The notes under the pieces were generated by a model. The model saw nothing but the letters and a program-made list of their open reading frames with translations, searched no databases and had not been told where the DNA came from. DNA of 64,000 nucleotides from Octopus vulgaris. Taxonomy: Eukaryota. Below, piece after piece: positions 28,488 through 42,384 of this stretch (position 1 is the stretch's first letter; the number at the start of each line of letters is the position of its first letter). Position numbers and translations under genes: made by a program. The stretch is from assembly GCA_951406725.2 (NCBI GenBank), contig OX597828.1, forward strand, positions 64,108,001 to 64,172,000, read 5' to 3'.

Positions 28488-29068
28488 ATCAAAAGAAGCA
28501 ACAAGTATATCCAGAGGTAATGCAGTGCCATCGTTTCATGCAACTCCATTTAATTGAACGATGCAATCATTACATCAATTTAAAATGCAGAGCAATCTTC
28601 AGCTGCACAAAGTCATAGAATTTCATTAAATTAGAACAGATGGACACATTAATATAATCATACCTAAAATCTCCAAGAAGTTAAGAAGATAGACAAAGAA
28701 CTCGAGTTTAGAAGTTACTGTATTTTCCAAGAAGATATACATTGTTACATACTCTACATGTCCCTTTTTGCTCTTATAGTATCAGTTTTAGTTTAAAGAC
28801 TAGTTTATCAAATCCCTTGTATTTCTAAGGTTGAGAGAACAGAGGGCACTATCTGTTAGGAGTAGGGCTGAGGGAGCAGACAGACATCATAGTTGGTATA
28901 GTTACGAAAATCAAAATTTATTAGAAGCAATGTCATGAGGTTTGGTTAAGGAAAACTTAAAACAAGATGCTAGCTGATAATTAAGGGGGTCGCATTGTTC
29001 AATTAAATGGAGTTGCATGAAACGATCTTACTGCATTACCTCTGGATATCCTTGTTGCTTATTTTGGT
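28488..29068. repeat. Element with inverted arms of about 78 bp carrying hammerhead-like motifs
   Basis: 28488-28565 and 28992-29068 are imperfect reverse complements. Lies between (TA)n tracts, immediately upstream of the PLE. Confidence 0.85.
28521..28607 (-). ncRNA. Type I hammerhead-ribozyme-like motif
   Basis: TGCAG-CTGAAGA-long imperfect stem II (CATTT/AAATG, AATTGA/TCAATT)-GAAA-CGATGG-CA-CTGCA, with a perfect 5-bp stem I. The other arm reads GAAACGATCTTACTGCA, implying ancestral GAAA-CGATCG-TA. Confidence 0.65.
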
Positions 29069-29091
29069 GTATATATATATATACATCTGTA

Positions 29092-29141
<50 letters not shown>

Positions 29142-29196
29142 AAGATGCAGGATAACGTACTTTAAGTACTAAGGGTAGGCAGTAGGCAATTACAAA

Positions 29197-30545
29197 GTGT
29201 CACAAAATAGTCTTACCATCGAGAGAAGTGTGTTCTACATCTCGATCTCCAAAAACTTGCTTCTGAAGGAACTTGAATTTAGCAAAACAAACGTCACTAT
29301 AACAAATAACGATCTAAACATAATTATAAGCGCAAGGAAGTCATTACTGTTTCCTGATAATTCCTGCAGAGTAAAAAGGAATGAAGACGAGTTATTTGGC
29401 ATGGCAATTGGGAGTTATGACGATGCAGAGATAGCTGACCTTCTAGGCCTTTATATTCTAGACGCCCTTAAAAAAGAAATAAAAGAACCTAACATAGGTT
29501 TATATAGGGACGATGGCTTGGGAGTAGTACACAATAAAAACGGACATGATATGGATAGAATAAAGAAAAAGTATGCAAAATATTTAGCCAATTAGATCTA
29601 AGAACCACAATTAGTACACACCTTAAAGAAGTCAACTTCCTAGACATTAACATGAATCTTAACACAAGAAAGTTTAAACCCTACCACAACACAAAACGAG
29701 GAAGCCTCGTACATAGACATAGACAACCATCCACCAGCAGTAATTAAAAAAATGGTTAATGACATTAGCAGTCCTGTCTCCAATTTATTCACCGACAAAT
29801 TCATTCTTGAAAGAGGTGCCTCATATTACAATGCTGCATTAGAAAGGCCCAACTGCAAGAATAGCTTACACTATATTGAACCAAATATAAATAGACCAAG
29901 AAGATGCAGACAGGGGAAATCTTACGGTTCAACCCACCTCATAGCATGAATGTAGCTACTAACGTAGCTAGGAAATTCTTAAAACTAATAGACAACTACT
30001 TTCCACATTCATACAACTACCACAAGATCTTCAACACAAACACTGTTAAAGCTAGCTATAGTTGCCTACCCAATATAGGGTCAGTAATACTCAATCACAA
30101 TAAACATAATCACACCAGAAACACCCCAGAAAGACAGTGTAACTTTAGATCCACAAACCACAGTCCTCTAAACAACAACTGTCTCGAGAAAGAACTCGTA
30201 TACAAGGGCAAGATCACGGACCCCCAACAGAATGGCAAAGACGTATATCGGAATGATGGGCGACTCGTTCAAGGAGAGGTATACACAACAAAAACAAAAA
30301 GCATGAGACATCCCTATCAAATACGATATGATCATTGAAAGAAGGTAGAATAATCAACCCCAGATATAATGGAAAATTATTACTAACGCCCAAAAAATAC
30401 AGAAGGCGGAGTACCAAATGTGAACTCTGTATAATTGAAACATTAAAGATTATACAATCAACAGATGACATCTTAAACATTAGGGATAAAACCTTCTCTC
30501 CCTACATACACTAGAAATATTTTACACTCAAATATTTCTAAGAAG
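29197..30545 (+). mobile_element. Penelope-like retroelement (RT plus C-terminal GIY-YIG), 5' truncated and frameshifted; tentatively Naiad-like
   Basis: RT motifs GSYDDAEIADLLGLYIL and GLYRDDGL; VNFLDI; linker FNPPHSMNVATN...HKIFNTNTVKASYSC; Cys cluster; LVY...TYIGM...FKERY; KCELC..E. Confidence 0.92.
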
Positions 30546-31807
30546 AGCCTCTATGAATGGGGGCAACCCTACCAGGATAGCCCCTTTCCTAAATGTGAAC
30601 ACACATAGCACATAAACTTCACACGAGGAAGATATATAACCCAATGACGAACTACCGCAAAATACAGAATTCCATTAGAAATGACGAATAAATCTGTCCC
30701 CATCAATCAGTGGGTATTCTCTGACAGAGACTAATTCAGATGAGAAAAAAGATAAGTTTTAGTGTCACCTGTAATTTCCGTCCACAGTCGGGTCAATTTC
30801 TGACAAGCTATATTTTCTTGACTTCAGTGCTGGAGTAGTATCGGACACGGCTGCATAGTCACGTGTTATTGGTCACCATTGTGTGGGCTCTTGTAACAGA
30901 AACGCCCTCCTTTTATACGAATGTGCTGAATTCAGCCCGTTTATAACCAAACAAACTTTTGCCTTGCAATGAGTTGCAGGACATGTATGCAACCACGCTA
31001 TGAACATTGGTATCTTCTATACAACACATGGGTGGCAAGGTGCTATCCCAGTGATCTAAGTGTGACGCTAATTGCAGAACTTGTAAGAAGAACACTGTTA
31101 GCAAAATAAAGATGAAATCTAGAAGCAGGAGAAATCCCTCGAGGTACCACCAAGATAGCCGAAGGAGGACAGTCTCATATCGTTTATTCTAATAGCCATC
31201 GTCTCTGAAAGACTAAGCAAAACATCCCTTAATTTTAACGGCGTAGAGAACAGCTGGATTTTTCTAAAAGAGACTCTGGATTTCGTTGCAGCTGACGGCG
31301 TTGACCATTTCTAAGTACACAACACAAGGATTAGGCTGATGAAAATAACAAAGAAATTCAGATCCTTTTCTATGACAATAAGTTAAAGCTGTCAGCTTTA
31401 ATTGACAGTCAGAGGCGGGTGCTGTGTGTTCGTGTAAAAATTAAGATTGTGAGAAAACTGCTTTGACGAAATGGCTTGGGCAACACATATCTATCCTTAC
31501 ACAAATAATGAACGAAAGTTTTTGAGAACCATCGTAATATTTATGGTTCTAGAAGTGTGTCTCACTCATCCTCACAGCAATTAGAAGTTTGCATATCACA
31601 AAGGAACAATATGTGGAAGATAGAGTAAGCACTTTGGAAATCTCCTGAACAGATTAATCAACACAGATGAGGAATGTAACGACAACTCGCTACAAATTCC
31701 CATCGACACAGTTCTTGCTAAACTTCCCAGTTCTTTTAAAACAAATATAAGTTACAAGGTCAGTGACCTTGTTAAGTTCATTTGCGCCAAACGCTGATCA
31801 TTCTCTC

Positions 31808-31995
31808 GTCGGCGATCCGGCAGAATCATAAGCGCACCAGATAAAATGCTTTGCAGGGTCTTGTGAATCCTTACGTTTTGTGTTCAAATTTCGCCGGGGT
31901 CCACTTACCTCTCATCCTTTCGAGATCGTTGAAATAAATACCAGCTCAGCACTGGAGTCGAAGCAATCGACTGTTCACCTCCCACACACACTACA
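31808..31995 (+). mobile_element. Diverged OK-like SINE
   Basis: gttcaaatttcgccgggg...ctcatcctttcgagatcgttgaaataaataccag. Confidence 0.75.
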
Positions 31996-32019
31996 GGCAT
32001 TGTGAATGTAATACACAGA

Positions 32020-32084
<65 letters not shown>

Positions 32085-32310
32085 AAAGGTAGGCATCTGG
32101 CAGAATCGTTGGTGCGTTCGACAAAATGCTTAGTGGCACTTCTTCCGGCTCTTTACTTTCAGAATTCAATTACCGCCGAGGTCAAATTTGCCTTTCATCT
32201 TTTAGGCTCGATAGAATAGACTGGCAGCCAAGTGCTGGGGTTGAAGTAATCAACTAACCCTCTCTTTCCCTCGAACTATTTGGCCCAGTTCCCAAATTAG
32301 AAACCATTAT
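32085..32310 (+). mobile_element. Diverged OK-like SINE
   Basis: ctggcagaatcgtt...aaatgcttagtggc...ccgccgaggtcaaatttgcctttcatc. Confidence 0.8.
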
Positions 32311-33019
32311 TTTGCAGTCAGAACCTTGAAGGTAATTGATGTGTTGCGATTTGGGATCTTGGCATTTTAATATTTTACCGTTTGCCGTTTTGGCATTTTT
32401 TACGTTTTTGGCGATTTGGTGTTCTGATGTTTTTTGGCGACAGCTCTAGAATTTCCTCTACCTGTTAGTCAACATTCTCTTAATCTTTATTGTTTAAGCA
32501 GAAGTTAATAATATACTTTCAAGAATGGTATCGAAGGATTTCCTACCTCTTTCAGATGGAATGTGGTTGTTATCTTTGAAGTTTAATTAATACCAATAGC
32601 AGATGATGATGATGTTACCAATAATGTAATACTAACAACAACAACAACAACAACAAATAATAATAATAATAATAATAAAAATAATAATAATAATAATAAC
32701 AACGAATAATTATAATACGATGTTGATCATGACAGTGATGAAAATGAAATTATTATTATTATTATTATTATCATCATCATCATCAATATTAATACAAAAA
32801 TAAATATAACACACTATGTAATATGATAATAAAGAAACAAAAACAAAAAAAAGAGAAAACGCTATATTACGCTAACAACAACAACAACAACGATGACAAG
32901 AACTCAGACGACGAAAACAACAGTTAAGATCACCATCATCATCATCACGCACATACACACATATTTATGTATACGTACACGTATATGTGTGTATATATAC
33001 CTGTGTGTGTGTGTGTTTG

Positions 33020-33051
<32 letters not shown>

Positions 33052-33536
33052 ATGTACATACATATATATGTATATTTGATGTATGTATGTATGAATGTAT
33101 GTATATACGTTTGTATATATGACAGAGAAGAAAATAGGTGGGACGATGGCAAAATATAATTACCAAAGACCTGTCAGTGTGTAAATTAACACATTTTTTT
33201 ATGAGTAATGAAATGAGGAGAAATGTGTTGGTGGATGACAATTAAAATGTTAGCATTTAATGAGAAGAAACAAACGGAGCAAACGCACACGCACGCACAC
33301 AAACACACGCTCGAACACAAACACACATACACATGCACACACATGTAGATACAAGTATAAACGTTTGACTGGGAGTATCAATATGTGCAACTGGAAACAC
33401 AATACTATATCACATATGTCTATATATACATACACCTATATATATATACATGCATATATACGTATATATATGTATATATATATATACATATATATACACA
33501 CGCACATATATGCATGTATATTTCCATGAATACATA

Positions 33537-33580
<44 letters not shown>

Positions 33581-33897
33581 CACACGCGCGCGCGCTTATG
33601 TATCCCCTGTTGACGAATCGCTAGGCAGCCCAAATATGGATTCATTCTTCACTGAAATCCAATCCTGGAAGGGCGAAGAAGTCCGCTCTCCTCGTCTCGC
33701 TGTTCGCTTTAAACAGGCGAATGCATTGCAGCCGACTCGGAAATCGTCTCGTTCGTCAAACGTAATCGCAAGTTGAAATTCGTTTTCTCGTTTCAAGGAT
33801 TCAAAATAGGTGGATTGATTTCTGATATATCTTACAGTGCGACACTATATGCCCTGCAGCAGCAACCACCACCACTACCACTACCACCACAACATCA

Positions 33898-34059
33898 ACA
33901 TTTTGGGAAAGGTGTGTTGTTCATTTCATCGACCCCAGCACTCACCTGGTGCTTACCGTATCGACCCCGAAAGGATGGAGAAGCCATAGTCGATCTCAGT
34001 GGAATTTGAACTCAGAACGCAAAGCCGAAAGAAATGCTGCTGAACATTTTGTCCGAAGC

Positions 34060-34100
<41 letters not shown>

Positions 34101-34460
34101 GTTTCAGTCCTTAGCATAGAGCTGGCAGCGTCTTGTAGAGATCCTAGTGCTCAACTGGTACTCATTTTATCGATCTGGAGAGGCTGAAAGGCAAAGTCGA
34201 CCTCGGCAGAATCGGAATTGTGAACGTAAAGATGGACAAATGCCGGTAAGCATTTTGTTTGACGCTTATAACAATGGTTTCAAATTTTGGCACAAGGCCA
34301 GAAATTCTGAGGGAGAGAGTAAGTCGATTACATCGACCCCGAAAGGATGACAGGTAAAGATGACCTCAACGAAATCTGAACTCAGAACATAAAGAAGGAC
34401 GAGATGCCGATAAGCATTTTCCTCAGAGTCCTAACAACTCTTCAGCTTTCCGCCTTCGAC
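33898..34460 (-). mobile_element. Cluster of three OK-like SINE fragments
   Basis: Repeated atcgaccccgaaaggatg...gaatttgaactcagaac at about 33960, 34170 and 34333, with (TAA)n between the first two. Confidence 0.8.
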
Positions 34461-36054
34461 GCTTATAATAATAATTACGACAGTGTTATGTCTTTAATTT
34501 ACCAGACGTCGAGTCTACCGTTGCGAAGATTTCAACGAAATAGTGAGGATTTAGGTCGAGTGTGAGAAACTAACTCGGAAAACGGGAGAATTAAAATGAT
34601 GTGAAATATCCCAAGAGAGAGAACATCCACTTGGGATTAACGAAGGAGCTACATAGCTATCGCATGTATCCCATAACCTTATTCAGGGTAATCGGGTGGT
34701 GTAGGTGGTGTATTCCCAGCTGTGGTCTTTTGTCATGCCTCGGTCGCATGTAGGGAGTAGAGTCCTTCATCCAAACCATATTCGCCACTCTCATATTTTA
34801 GAAAACTTACCTCAGGTAAATCTCTCCCTGTCAAAGTTCCTCTTCTTAGTAATACATGAAGAAATTGCTAACAGTGTTCACCAAAGAGGAAAGTGATCGA
34901 ACATCGATGCTTCGAATTTCGGCTGTCGCACAACTTCTTTGTGTCATGTTCTCGAGACATAAAAGAATTTCCTGCCAAAAGTGCGAAGAGAATAACCAGG
35001 GCGATGAATTCTACTGGAAAAGAGTGCGATGACCATCACCCCTGAGAGTTACCATTCTTGATAAAATTTCAACTGCAAACATCCGTCTAAGGACGGTGAA
35101 ACGATAAAGCAGTTGCTAACTGAAGACACCCTTACCGCCTGCCTAACTTTACTAGTGTCGCTCATTGGTTGCGTAAAATAGGGGAGGTTTTTTTTTCCGC
35201 TTCCTGTAGCAAGTTCAATGTTACAAGTGACAACGGTTATTCGATGTATCTTCACAAACAAAAGATCACAATGAAATGTCTGCCGAAGAAAAGAGATAAA
35301 AACATTCTCAAACCAACAAAATAGGGCAAAAAAAAACAAAACAAATTAATAACATGTATGCCATATGTCTATGGATCACATCACACACGTGATCAATTGC
35401 TGCCCAATGATGGCATCAAGAAAGTACTTTCCTGTGCGTAAGGACGTTGTTGCTAAAAGCAACATACTGATCCATCGGTAGGAAAAGTTACCTTGGGTTA
35501 AAGGAAACATTTCTGATGTTGAGGAAATTGATACGTTGTAATATCTGGAATATTGGGGACGATTCTCATCAAGATTTCCAGTCAATTCTGCCTCAGCCGG
35601 ACTGACATTGATGTTTTCAACAGAAACAAGGAACTAAGTATTGTCATAGTGAAAGCAGATCAGCAAACGAGTAACTAAATATCTCATAAAAAGAATTTAA
35701 GAGAGAGAATTGTTATGGACAACTGCAGAACAGATTTGCTTCTTTAGTATTTGGTAGTCTTCGTTATGTTAGAATTGGAGAAGGAGAAACTTTTTCTTAG
35801 GAAAAAGTGAGTCTAGAAAGGGGATTATTTAAAGGACGAATGAAGATAAAATCTTATTTGTAAATTCAGTCTGTGAGTGAAACAGCGAAAACATGCAAGG
35901 TTTTTAAAAAATCCAACAGATAAGATTTACTAATGTTTACCAAAATACCAACGATCGTTTGTTAGAATCCAACCACTTTTTTTAGAGGAAGAATTCAAAG
36001 AATGAAAAAGAAGATATTCACTTATGTAGTATGCATATGTGTGTGTGTGTGTGT

Positions 36055-36097
<43 letters not shown>

Positions 36098-36178
36098 ATA
36101 ATAAATATTAGGGAATGAATCCAAAATTACAGGGAAAAATCAGATTTAGGGTTAAATCCAATTTTATAGTAAAATATT

Positions 36179-36320
36179 ATATAATATAATTCGAGACAAA
36201 ACCACTATTTTAAAACCAAACAAGGAAAGACTTAATCAATACATAAAATTTTAATATAAATTTTATGTATTGATTAAGTCTTTCCTTGTTTGGTTTTAAA
36301 ATAGTGGTTTTGTCTCGAAT

Positions 36321-36330
<10 letters not shown>
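36179..36330. repeat. Perfect inverted repeat, 73-bp arms with 6-nt loop
   Basis: 36179-36251 is the exact reverse complement of 36258-36330. Lies within (TA)n. Confidence 0.96.
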
Positions 36331-36373
<43 letters not shown>

Positions 36374-36482
36374 TATAAAAGAGTAAATCCAAACAGACGA
36401 AGAACATAAGAAAAAAAAACTACAACGCGACGATGTGGTGCATACAAAGTATTAGCAGACGCTCAGGGAAGGAAAGAAAGGT

Positions 36483-36519
36483 GGTTTTACATTTCGAGTA
36501 AAGCTCTTTTTCAGAAACC
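36483..36519 (-). ncRNA. Minimal hammerhead-like motif (degenerate) inside a 210-bp insert (36378-36590)
   Basis: GGTTT-CTGAAAA-A-GAGC-TTT-ACTC-GAAA-TG-TA-AAACC. Stem I is 5 bp. Three transition-type mismatches separate it from a canonical core. Confidence 0.6.
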
Positions 36520-37016
36520 GGAGACAGAGGAAAGTCCAAGGGAAAAGGAAGACGGAGGGAAAAATCGCCAACGATTCACATGTAATCATAGATATACATG
36601 TATGCTCTGACGAAAAGAGCAAGATAAAAAGAACTCAATAGAAGTGTATATTCTTAGTTTTAATCATTTTGATAAATGCTATGCAAGTAAGTGTCGGCCA
36701 CTTTTAGAACTTTCAGCCGATTTGAAATTTATGTGTGTGTGTGTGTGTGTATGTGCGTGTGTATGTGGTCGTGTGTGTGTTCGCGTGTGTGTGTTCGTCT
36801 GTGTATGTGTGTGTGTGCATATAACATTCTAAAACAAACAAATGAAATATGATAGTAATCTTGATTTGTATTGCGTCCATTCCCCCACGCACACACACAC
36901 ATATACCCATACCACACACACACACACATATACCCATACCACACACACACACACACAGGTGTGTGTGTGTGCTATGGGTATATGTATGTATCAGTGTGCA
37001 TGAATATATATGGAAG

Positions 37017-37077
<61 letters not shown>

Positions 37078-37395
37078 GTGTGTGTGGGTGTGTGTGTGTA
37101 TGTGTGTGTGTGTGTGGGTGCCTCTCCGTATACATTTCGTTGCTGTTAACTGCTCGCATATTTCCCACTTCCTGAAACATATAAAAGACAAGACAATAGC
37201 GAAAAAAACTAAAAAAGAATCAGGAATCCCAGAGAAAGATGGAGATTCAGCCATGTTTGATTAAGTTGGTGCTTCTTGTGAAGAGAACTTTGACACACAG
37301 GAAAACAGTATTGGTCTATATTAGATAGGAATCTACAACACAGGGTCTGTCTTTCCTTCCTTCCTTCCTTCCTTCCTTCCGTCCTTCCTTTCATC

Positions 37396-37478
<83 letters not shown>

Positions 37479-37633
37479 CTCTCTCTCTCTCTGTTACTGG
37501 GATTTGACTCTAAGGACGCTTTATCTATTCAATATTTACAGCGTTATCTGCTTCGAGATCCACTAATCCTAAAAAGAATTATTTCACGTTCTTAGAATTT
37601 TTAGATTTTTATGACGTCACCTATATGTGTATA

Positions 37634-37878
37634 GACAGCGGGTGTTGGGAATATATTTGACAGTTTGCATAAAACGAAAACAAAATTCAATGTCCTGTCC
37701 AAAAGTTAAGATATTTGAAAAGATCAAAAAATAAATATCAACTTCATTATGGCTGGGAGAAAACATTTTACACAAAGCAGCCGCTTTCAGCTCCCACCGC
37801 GGCCGTAAGATGGCTCCCGATCCTATCACATTCCTCACTGTATCGCTGTGTTCCTGGAAAGATCTTCGAACACCCTGT
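37634..37878. mobile_element. Possible old Tc1/mariner-type MITE
   Basis: Ends ACAGCGGGTGTTGGGA and TCGAACACCCTGT are imperfect inverted termini. Confidence 0.3.
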
Positions 37879-38059
37879 TTGTTTGTATGTATATATATAC
37901 ACACACACACGCGCGCGCGTATATATGTATGTATACACGCATAAAAACACGTAGACGCATATATATAAACATACCATCAACATCAGACGTGTAGACGTAG
38001 AGGAACGTTTAAGATTTCTTTTTGGACGTTTTCCTTAACAGCAATGCCGACTTCTTCGG

Positions 38060-38805
38060 CCTAAATCAAAAACTGGTTCGTTTTTCCAGTTACAAATAAG
38101 AGCCTTATACAGAAAGATGGAAAGGCAAAAAATAGTGTTCGAATCATGTTGGTCTAAAATCTGGAATGAAAAAAGGGATTTCACCTTAAAGAATCGTGGC
38201 TGAATATGGTTTGGAGAGAAGACTATATCAACATCGACAGTAAAACACACAATTGATCTGGAAACTTCCGCTATAGTAGAAGGTAAACTGCATAATTCGT
38301 AAGCAGCTGGAAGAGACCTAATAGTTTGATATTAGAAGAGGCTGACTTATGACAGGAACGTTTAAGATTATACACACGTTTAGTATACGTAGAAGACTAT
38401 GAAAGGTCAGATCGATATATAATTCGTTTGCTATAGCACGGACTGATCTTGTGGCCGTGAACGAACCACCGAGGACAATTGCTAAATATTATATACAAAT
38501 TGTACTCAAGAGGCCTCAACCAATTCCTCTAGGGACATTGTGAGTCCACAACACAGCGACTGATGAACAAATCTGTGGAAAGAAAGAAGTGTGGGAGTGT
38601 ACCAAACAACTTTTGATAAGCAAATCTATACTGTTTGAAGTAAGAAAACGCCGTTCATATCTTGCAACAATATGACTTAACTGTAGGAGAGCTCTCGGCT
38701 CTTTCCTTGACTATAGGAAAGCATTCGATTCTATTTCTCACTCATGGGTCCTGAAGTGTCTGCATTTGGCAAAAGTACCTGTTATCTTAGCTGTTGCCAT
38801 TGATT
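38060..38805 (+). mobile_element. R4/Dong-clade LINE reverse transcriptase fragment
   Basis: WSKIWNE, KLHN..AAGRD, EQICGKKEVWECTKQLLISKSIL and LDYRKAFDSISHSWVLKCL. Confidence 0.8.
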
Positions 38806-38957
38806 CCGTATTGCATAATTTTTAGTTTTTGATTTTACTATCCATTCTAACTGCCATCATTTAACTAAATATTATTCTCTAGTGATGGTAACCACATAGT
38901 ATTCATAGACTTACTTTCGATCTTCTCTCTTAAGATACAAAATTTTATATCTCTCGG

Positions 38958-39165
38958 CGCAAAGGCAGCGGAGCTGTCCGAACCGTGAGCCTGTAAAATG
39001 CCTAGCATCATTTCGCCCGTCTTTACGTTGAGAGTTCAAATTCTGCCGAGGTCGACTTTGCCTTTCGCAGTTAATTAAATAGGTACCAGTTGAACACTGG
39101 GGTCGATGCAATCGACAAATCGCCTTCTCCGAACTTGCTGGCGTTGTGCCAAAATTTGAAACCAA
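38958..39165 (+). mobile_element. OK-like SINE with deletions
   Basis: gagttcaaattctgccgaggtcgactttgcctttc...ctggggtcgatg...tgccaaaatttgaaacc. Confidence 0.82.
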
Positions 39166-39329
39166 CATCTCTCTACTCTCACTTATTTACTACATCAACA
39201 CACACACCTAAACATATTTTCATTCCTTCATTAAACTTTCAATTAGAGATGAATCTCTTATTTGTTATAATAAGCATTTCTTAATTTTGGTGACTATCAA
39301 ATATGATTCCAATTGTAGTGAGATGATTA

Positions 39330-39800
39330 ATAACCTTACCCCTACATTACTTGGAAACTCCCTATACTCTTCTCATCCAACATATATCGGACTAACCGCT
39401 TTACCAAAATACTGTAAATTGTAAGTATTCTTTATGTTGGACCCCCACCCCCGCTGGCTACTTTGTCAAACAGATAAATCTGTCCTGGCATCATTAATCT
39501 CAATTATTTGTATATAGCTTCCTTCACACTAGACCCCTTTGTACCCACTCATGTTGACACGAACATTCCTATTTATATATCTTCATCTAACTCTTGTAAT
39601 TTATATATCTATCCCTTAATGGAATTGCTAGAATCTATCGACCTTATTCTCTCTGCCTCAACACTAAACTATAGAAGTAAACCAAAACTTTCTACACCAG
39701 TTCTCTGTTTCTGACGACGGAATACAACACTACAACACCTCGTTCTCCCTCCGATGATGGAATAGGTCGCTAAAATATGCATTGCTACCACTTGTTCCGC
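39330..39800 (+). mobile_element. Possible ancient PLE 3' remnant (GIY-YIG plus UTR)
   Basis: TYIGLT (about 39380) and RWLLCQTDK (about 39452) mirror TYIGM and KCELC..E of the 29-30 kb PLE. CTGACGA lies at 39711. Confidence 0.4.
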
Positions 39801-41151
39801 ACAGCCCTCACCAACGGCTCAACTGTACTTGAGACAACTGTAACCGACTTACTGCATACCTATCTAATCCCTTCCTTCTCATGATTTATACTCATGTGAC
39901 GTAATACTTAAAGCTATGTTACAATCTATCCTGACACCAATGGTTCTGGCTGTTTATCATTTTATACATCGAACTGATCAATTGATAAACTGCTTATATT
40001 TCGTACTCTAACAGTTGTAAAATATATTACAGTTATATTTTAACGAGTTCAAACCTGACGTTTTATAAGCTCAGGCGACGCAGCGGTGGATAGATGTGTC
40101 TCTTAATTCAAACTTTGACGGTAACGAAGTTCCACATTCCATTCCTGTGACACATTATCAGCAACGTTCTCCAAGAATATGGAATACGCCACATTTCCTT
40201 TGTGACATTTTATTCTAGTCATGAGTAATCCATTCCGGGTGAACTCTAATGAGACTGACAATATTTGATAGAAATAACAACAACCCACCAGACGCACATT
40301 TACGCATACACTTATATATGTATATATACATATATACATACATACATACATGTATATGTATATATACATATATACATACATACATGTATATGCATGTGTG
40401 TGTACATATATATATAAATATATATATATACATGTACATACATACATATATACATACATACACACACACATACATACATTCTCTTACATCACTCAAATAC
40501 GTCAGGTAGCCTCAAACACTCATGCAAGCGACCTTACACACTTATACATATGTATAAACACCTAATATACGTACACTCACATATCTTCATACACACACAC
40601 ACGTGCACACCAACTGATGACAGGGACACGCACAGTTGCTCAAATACATGCGCATGCGTAAACACAATATTCACTCATTGCTTGCCCTGGCCAGTGGGAG
40701 TATCATTTGCTTCCTGTATAACATGTTGGTGGGATTGAGCAGGGATTCCACCTGTCTTATATATACAAACATATGTAATAAGAGTGTATGATTATCCGTC
40801 TCTATATTTATGTATCACTGTAATAATGTGCCCCAGCGAGTGTTTCCTACATACTCACAACATTCGTATGTATACTGATAAATACAAAGCTGTAGAAATA
40901 CCTACTTGCATAAGTAATATGTGCAACATAAATCACTTAATAATTCGGTTGCAAAGGATGGGTTTGTTGAGGATAACTGGGAGAAGCGAATCTAATCGCA
41001 GAATTTCGTTTGATTTATTGGGATGCTTGCTTAAACACACAGACACACAAACACACACACACACATTGCCACGAAACGAACTCTTAAATATTTTTATGTG
41101 CCTCTCATTTTAATATACATATATCTGCACACACACGCATATATATATATA

Positions 41152-41208
<57 letters not shown>

Positions 41209-42152
41209 TTATAAACAATTATGTGTATATATGTATGTATGTATGTATATATATATATATGTGTGTATACGGGGCACACACAGGGAGACCCCCTCACTCG
41301 TAAATGTAATATTATTTTCGGTGTAAATTAGTTTTCAGTAGACCGTAAAACATTTTGTAATTAATATTTGTGAAGATTTGTAAACTGGTTAAGCATTGAT
41401 TGATGGAATATGTGCAAAACTTGTCGAGATTACACGGGCAAGAGATTTTCAATTAGATCGGTAATTATTTCAATGGACAAAGATTTCATATGCAAATGCC
41501 CCGCCACCGCCACATATATATGTATATAATTCTTTATGGGGTCAGTAAAACTCGAAGCATATAAAGCTATGATAATAGTGTGTAAACATTGAATTAAAAA
41601 GCCTTTGGGTGGAAGAAGTCGAAAGGCTCCTGCAACTCTCGAGCCTATATCTTCCGTAATCATGACAGTTCTATTATTGGACCAAAGCAATTCTACAAAT
41701 TTTTCTATCGAAAGGGATTTTTAAATGAATATCTAAACGCTAATATTTATAGCTCTATCTACATCGAGTTTCAGCGTTCTAAAAAATAAATAAAAGAAAT
41801 ACCTCAAGTTCCTTGAATTAATAAATGCGTTGCAAACAGTGTGAGGCGATTGGTGCTACTCGGTCTAACTCATCATAAAGCAAACATCATCATGAGTGAC
41901 ATCCAGGTTACGGTGGAGAAGGCGAACCACCGAGAGACGATGAACAACGGATAGAACAACGGAGTGAAGCCTAATAACCGGTTGATCCAGAAAATGAGGT
42001 CTTATCTCAGAGTTGATTGGGGTCAGGTGCACAATAATGACATCGCGGAGAAAGATCTTGAAACGGTGTGCATCCTCTCCTGGTGACCCAACACGACGCC
42101 TGCTACTCTCCCGTATGTGGCAGCTCTTGTAATCTGCAAGTTGTTTGCAAAT

Positions 42153-42367
<215 letters not shown>

Positions 42368-42384
42368 AAGATGGGCTGCTCAAT

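Noticed and set aside
30329-30331. In-frame TGA in the PLE as possible selenocysteine (reported for some Naiads)
   Set aside because: The context I*SLKE fits a Trp position (TGG to TGA) in a decayed copy, and no convincing SECIS stem was seen downstream.
41870-42150. RTE-like C-terminus (SRLRW) before the compound microsatellite
   Set aside because: A single short motif is not enough to call it.
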